A program made the translations under genes and the position numbers. A model generated the notes under the pieces. It saw nothing but the letters and a program-made list of their open reading frames with translations, did not search any database and was not told where the DNA came from. Below are positions 59,232-64,000 of a stretch of DNA of 64,000 nt, piece after piece (positions within the stretch are counted from its first letter, which is position 1; the number at the start of each line of letters is the position of its first letter). The DNA comes from Candidatus Latescibacterota bacterium (lineage in GTDB: Bacteria > Latescibacterota > UBA2968 > UBA8231): positions 1,248,001-1,312,000 of the forward strand of contig CBDAOB010000005.1 in assembly GCA_965197905.1 (NCBI GenBank), read 5' to 3'.

Positions 59232-59275
59232 ACGAAAAATGGGGCGAGGGATTCAACCCTCGCCCCACTTTTCGT
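59232..59275. terminator. Bidirectional intrinsic terminator between the FliN-like gene and groEL
   Basis: ACGAAAAATGGGGCGAGGG-ATTCAA-CCCTCGCCCCACTTTTCGT inverted repeat with A/T tracts on both sides. Confidence 0.85.
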
Positions 59276-59296
59276 ATCCGGCAAAACTACTGGTTC

Positions 59297-60940
<1,644 letters not shown>

Positions 60941-61237
60941 TTAACCTACGATGGCGAGAACATCTTCCTCGCGCATTATGAGGAACTCTTCACCTTCGAT
61001 CTTGACCTCGGTGCCAGAATACTTGCCGATAAGAACCTTGTCGCCTTTCTTCAGTTCGGGCGTAACGCGCGAGCCGCCATCCAGTTTTCCGGGACCGACG
61101 GCCACGACCTCGGCCTCCTGGGGTTTTTCTTTGGCGGTATCGGGAATGATAATGCCCCCAACCTTCTGCTCATCATCGTCATCTAGACGCTTGACCAGGA
61201 TGCGGTCCGCGAGTGGTTTGATCTTTGGTTTGGCCAT
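60941..61237 (-). CDS. groES: Co-chaperonin GroES
   Basis: [40 protein letters not shown]. Confidence 0.97.
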   Translation of the reverse strand: MAKPKIKPLADRILVKRLDDDDEQKVGGIIIPDTAKEKPQEAEVVAVGPGKLDGGSRVTPELKKGDKVLIGKYSGTEVKIEGEEFLIMREEDVLAIVG

Positions 61238-61296
61238 GGGATTGTCTCCTCGTGTGGGGTAAAAGAAACTCCTTACGATGGTGTAGCTACTCAGTT

Positions 61297-61313
61297 GGCA
61301 ATTCCCGTGCCAA
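61297..61313 (-). promoter_or_regulatory. sigma54 (-24/-12) promoter of groESL
   Basis: TTGGCACGGGAATTGCC matches TGGCACG-N4-TTGC. Confidence 0.75.
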
Positions 61314-61330
61314 TAGCAACAGAAAAAGAG

Positions 61331-61343
61331 TAAACCATTGATA
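61331..61343 (-). promoter_or_regulatory. IHF binding site
   Basis: TATCAATGGTTTA matches WATCAANNNNTTR; lies between the sigma54 box and the palindromes. Confidence 0.6.
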
Positions 61344-61393
61344 AATAACATCTTAAGAGATTGTGCCCCGCTGCCGTGCGAATCCTTCAAGTG

Positions 61394-61524
61394 GCCAATA
61401 TTCCCAAAATGGGAATATTGGCGCAGGAAGTCCGCGCCGCGAAATTCATAGTCTATTAATTTTAATAGCTTTAAGATCATTTCCCGAATCGGGAATCTAT
61501 CTCCGGGCATTCTCAAAACGGGAA
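61394..61524. promoter_or_regulatory. Three palindromic TTCCC-N5-GGGAA-type sites (candidate enhancer sites)
   Basis: 61401 TTCCCAAAATGGGAA (inside a perfect 13-bp inverted repeat, 61394-61422), 61481 TTCCCGAATCGGGAA, 61510 TTCTCAAAACGGGAA. Confidence 0.6.
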
Positions 61525-61661
61525 TCTGGTCCTCCCATTGGTGAAATGGAGACATTTTGCCGTCGGCCATAGGGATGGCTATCTTTTTGTCCGTCATTGG
61601 CAGATTGGTCTGAATTGTTCAAGGCCCTGCAACATCTCATTTCGATACAGGAAATCCCACA

Positions 61662-63537
61662 TTGACGTCTATCCAGGGTGAGCTGCGCGACCAGCTCGTA
61701 GGTTTGTTGGGCGACCGGATTGCCACCGGAGAAGTGTTGATCTCACCTTCCCACTTCCTCGCCGCCATCGTCGAGGATTACCAGGTGCTGACAGGAAGCT
61801 TCGTCTCGGAGGAGGTGAAGAGCGAGTTGTCATCTCTCCTTGGCGAGGTCAACAAATCTACTCCGGAATTGGTGCTCATACCCGGGATTGAGAACTGGAT
61901 CACCAAGTCGGTTTATGGCTTGATGCGCAAAAAGAGCTGGGGCGTAACCGAGGTGCGCGAGGGCGGGAATCACCTGGTGCGCGACTTCGTGAAAAGCGCC
62001 CAGGTGAAAGCGTTGCTCCAGGGTTTGAAGACTACTCCGAATCAGCTGAATGCTCGCCGCTGCCTTCACACCATAACCTACCAGATCGCCGGCAAGGAAG
62101 ATCCCCAGCAAAAACGCTCCCTGGCGCGCCTGGCACAGGCAAGAGCCAACGCCAAGACCGTTGTCCCCGCCGATGGAGGCGGCGCCCCGGTTGACCGCGC
62201 AGCCCAAAGTGAAGCGCGGTTGCAGGAGCTGCTTTCGGGGCCAGCCGAGGACCCGAGTGCGGAGGAGGTGGAGCATCGGCACGCGGAGCAGAAGAAGGCC
62301 CAGGCAAAGATTCGCAAAGAGCAGATGGACCATTTGATAGAACATCTGGACCAATATGTCGCCCAGGGCAAGATGACTGAAGAGGAAGCGGGGAAGCTCA
62401 AGAAGCTGAATCAGGTCGACACGGCCATGCAGAGTGGCAAGGTAGACAAAGAGAAGGGAAGCAAAATACGTAACAGTATCCTCTCCGGCACCGCACGTTA
62501 CGAGCTGGACAAGAAGGTCAAGGAAACCGTCGACTACGTAGTGCGTTACACACAGGTGTACGACGCGCTGGGGCGCATCGAACAAAAGTACGACGACGCA
62601 CTGCGGCTCCTGATCGAATTCAAGGAGGCGGCGAACGCCGCGGAGCGCACTCAAGAGGAATTCGGCGCGTTGGGCAAGAAGCTCATCGAAGACACCGCTT
62701 GCCTGCAGAAGGTCATCGGCCTTCTTGACAGACAGGACGGCGAGGTGCGCATGATCGCTGCGAACCTGCCTCCGTATAGCCACATCATGCGCAGAGATCA
62801 GGATCGCGTCTCCAACATGGTTATCGAAGAGAGTTTCGTCATCGAGCTGCGGGAGTCGGAACCCGGTGCGATCTCCGAGAAGCTGAGGGATCCGGACCGC
62901 AAGGTGCAAGTGCGAGCGGCGGCGGACATGTTGTGTATGGCAGGACTGATCAATCGCCTTATCAAACCTACGCCGATTCGCAAAGAGATTCGGCTTCTAA
63001 AGTTGAACCTCATCATTGAGGACTTCTTTCGTTCTTCCAACGACGTGAGTGAAGCGCGCTCGCGCGCGCAGCAGTTTCTAGAGACCCGCATTTTGAAGCT
63101 GTACCCCGACTTGACCGAGGAGGAAACCGCCGAAATGCAGCAGCTGGGCGCGGAGATGATCGAGTCGGTGGAGCAGACTATCGTGGCAGAGCGCGCCGCT
63201 GAAAAAGAGGCCGGCGCAAGTGCAGCCAAGGAAGGGGCCGCTTCCTCTGCGCCCGCCTCTGAAGAGGGAGGGGGTGAGCTCAGCGCAGACGAGGTGAAGA
63301 GCGGAGTGATGATAGGGAGGGTACTGATGCGTATGGGGGGTGGGCAGCGCGTTGCCAAGCGGTATGTGGTAAAAAATCGGGAACGTGCCTTTTAAGATCA
63401 TGCCCGACGATGACGATCCATCCAGGTTCGTGCTCGTCAAGAAAGATCCGGATAGCGGCGAGCTTCTACTCGTGCGCCGTCGCGGCGCCAAGCGGTATGT
63501 GGTAAAAAATCGGGAAGGGGTCTGGGAGCCGACCTAG
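61662..63537 (+). CDS. Large helical acidic hypothetical protein; C-terminal about 50 aa shifted to the +1 frame near a 30-bp duplication
   Basis: 577-aa ORF ends at 63395; a second frame (63385-63537) reads VPFKIMPDDDD...AKRYVVKNREGVWEPT. Confidence 0.65.
63354..63516. repeat. 30-bp exact direct repeat (63354-63383 and 63487-63516)
   Basis: GCCAAGCGGTATGTGGTAAAAAATCGGGAA occurs twice. Confidence 0.92.
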
Positions 63538-63574
63538 GCACCGTCCGGACACAGCGGTCCCGCCGCTGAAGAAG

Positions 63575-64000
63575 ATGCTCGATCTCACCAACAAAGTTGT
63601 GCTCGTCACCGGGGCCAGCAGTGGCATCGGGTGGCACCTGGCCACTCAGCTCGCTGGCTGCGGGGCGCAACTCGTTCTCATGGCCAGACGGCGCCACCGG
63701 TTGGTCGAGCTACGCCAACAGATTGTCGAACAGTGCGGGCACGATTCGATGATCGTGGTCGGGGACGTGGCGGATCCGAGCAGCGTTCGCGAAGCTCGCC
63801 ACCAACTGCTGGAACGATTTCCGCGCGGGTTGGACATTCTGATAAACAATGCTGGCCGGGGATTGTACGGCCCATTCGTGGAAGCCAATCCGGAAGAGCT
63901 GACCGCGATTGTTCAAACGAATTTGTTGGGGGTGATCGAATGCACCCGGACCTTTGTGCCGGACATGCTCGAAAGGGGAGATGGGTGTGTGGTTTTCGTG
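63575..64000 (+). CDS. Short-chain dehydrogenase/reductase (3' end outside window)
   Basis: VLVTGASSGIG, GDV, LINNAG, TN. Confidence 0.9.
   Translation, partial: MLDLTNKVVLVTGASSGIGWHLATQLAGCGAQLVLMARRRHRLVELRQQIVEQCGHDSMIVVGDVADPSSVREARHQLLERFPRGLDILINNAGRGLYGPFVEANPEELTAIVQTNLLGVIECTRTFVPDMLERGDGCVVFV

Noticed and set aside
61238..61597. N-terminal extension of GroES in the ORF track
   Set aside because: Runs through the promoter region; the true start at 61237 has an AGGAG RBS
61238..61661. CIRCE/HrcA operator upstream of groES
   Set aside because: No TTAGCACTC-N9-GAGTGCTAA found
63354..63516. CRISPR array or DGR template/variable repeat
   Set aside because: Only two identical copies inside coding sequence, no adenine-specific differences, and no cas or reverse transcriptase gene in the window

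Overview
Gene-dense, GC-rich chromosomal window from a diderm bacterium. It has a TonB-dependent receptor and a secreted S8 protease with a FlgD-Ig/T9SS-like C-terminal domain, which suggests an FCB-group lineage such as Latescibacterota (inference only). Housekeeping and metabolic genes include recG (3' part), an S1-domain protein, trpBA, rfbA, ispG, a fused indolepyruvate oxidoreductase and groES-groEL. There are also several GT-C-like membrane proteins, a sugar-modification cluster, a cytochrome c/TonB/ABC uptake operon, and a nucleotidyltransferase/flippase/APH-kinase/HprK-like kinase cluster. I saw no rRNA, tRNA, CRISPR array, transposase or integrase. The most notable items are: (1) a MamK-like actin paired with a coiled-coil protein that has a short hydrophobic N-terminus, with no other magnetosome gene in view; (2) an in-frame amber codon in that actin, lying inside a 16-bp stem-loop; (3) a complete sigma54 promoter architecture (-24/-12 box, IHF site, three TTCCC-N5-GGGAA-type sites) upstream of a groESL whose GroEL ends in a His-rich tail; and (4) five reading-frame lesions that could be biology or assembly error. 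All family assignments come from motif recognition by eye, not database searches.
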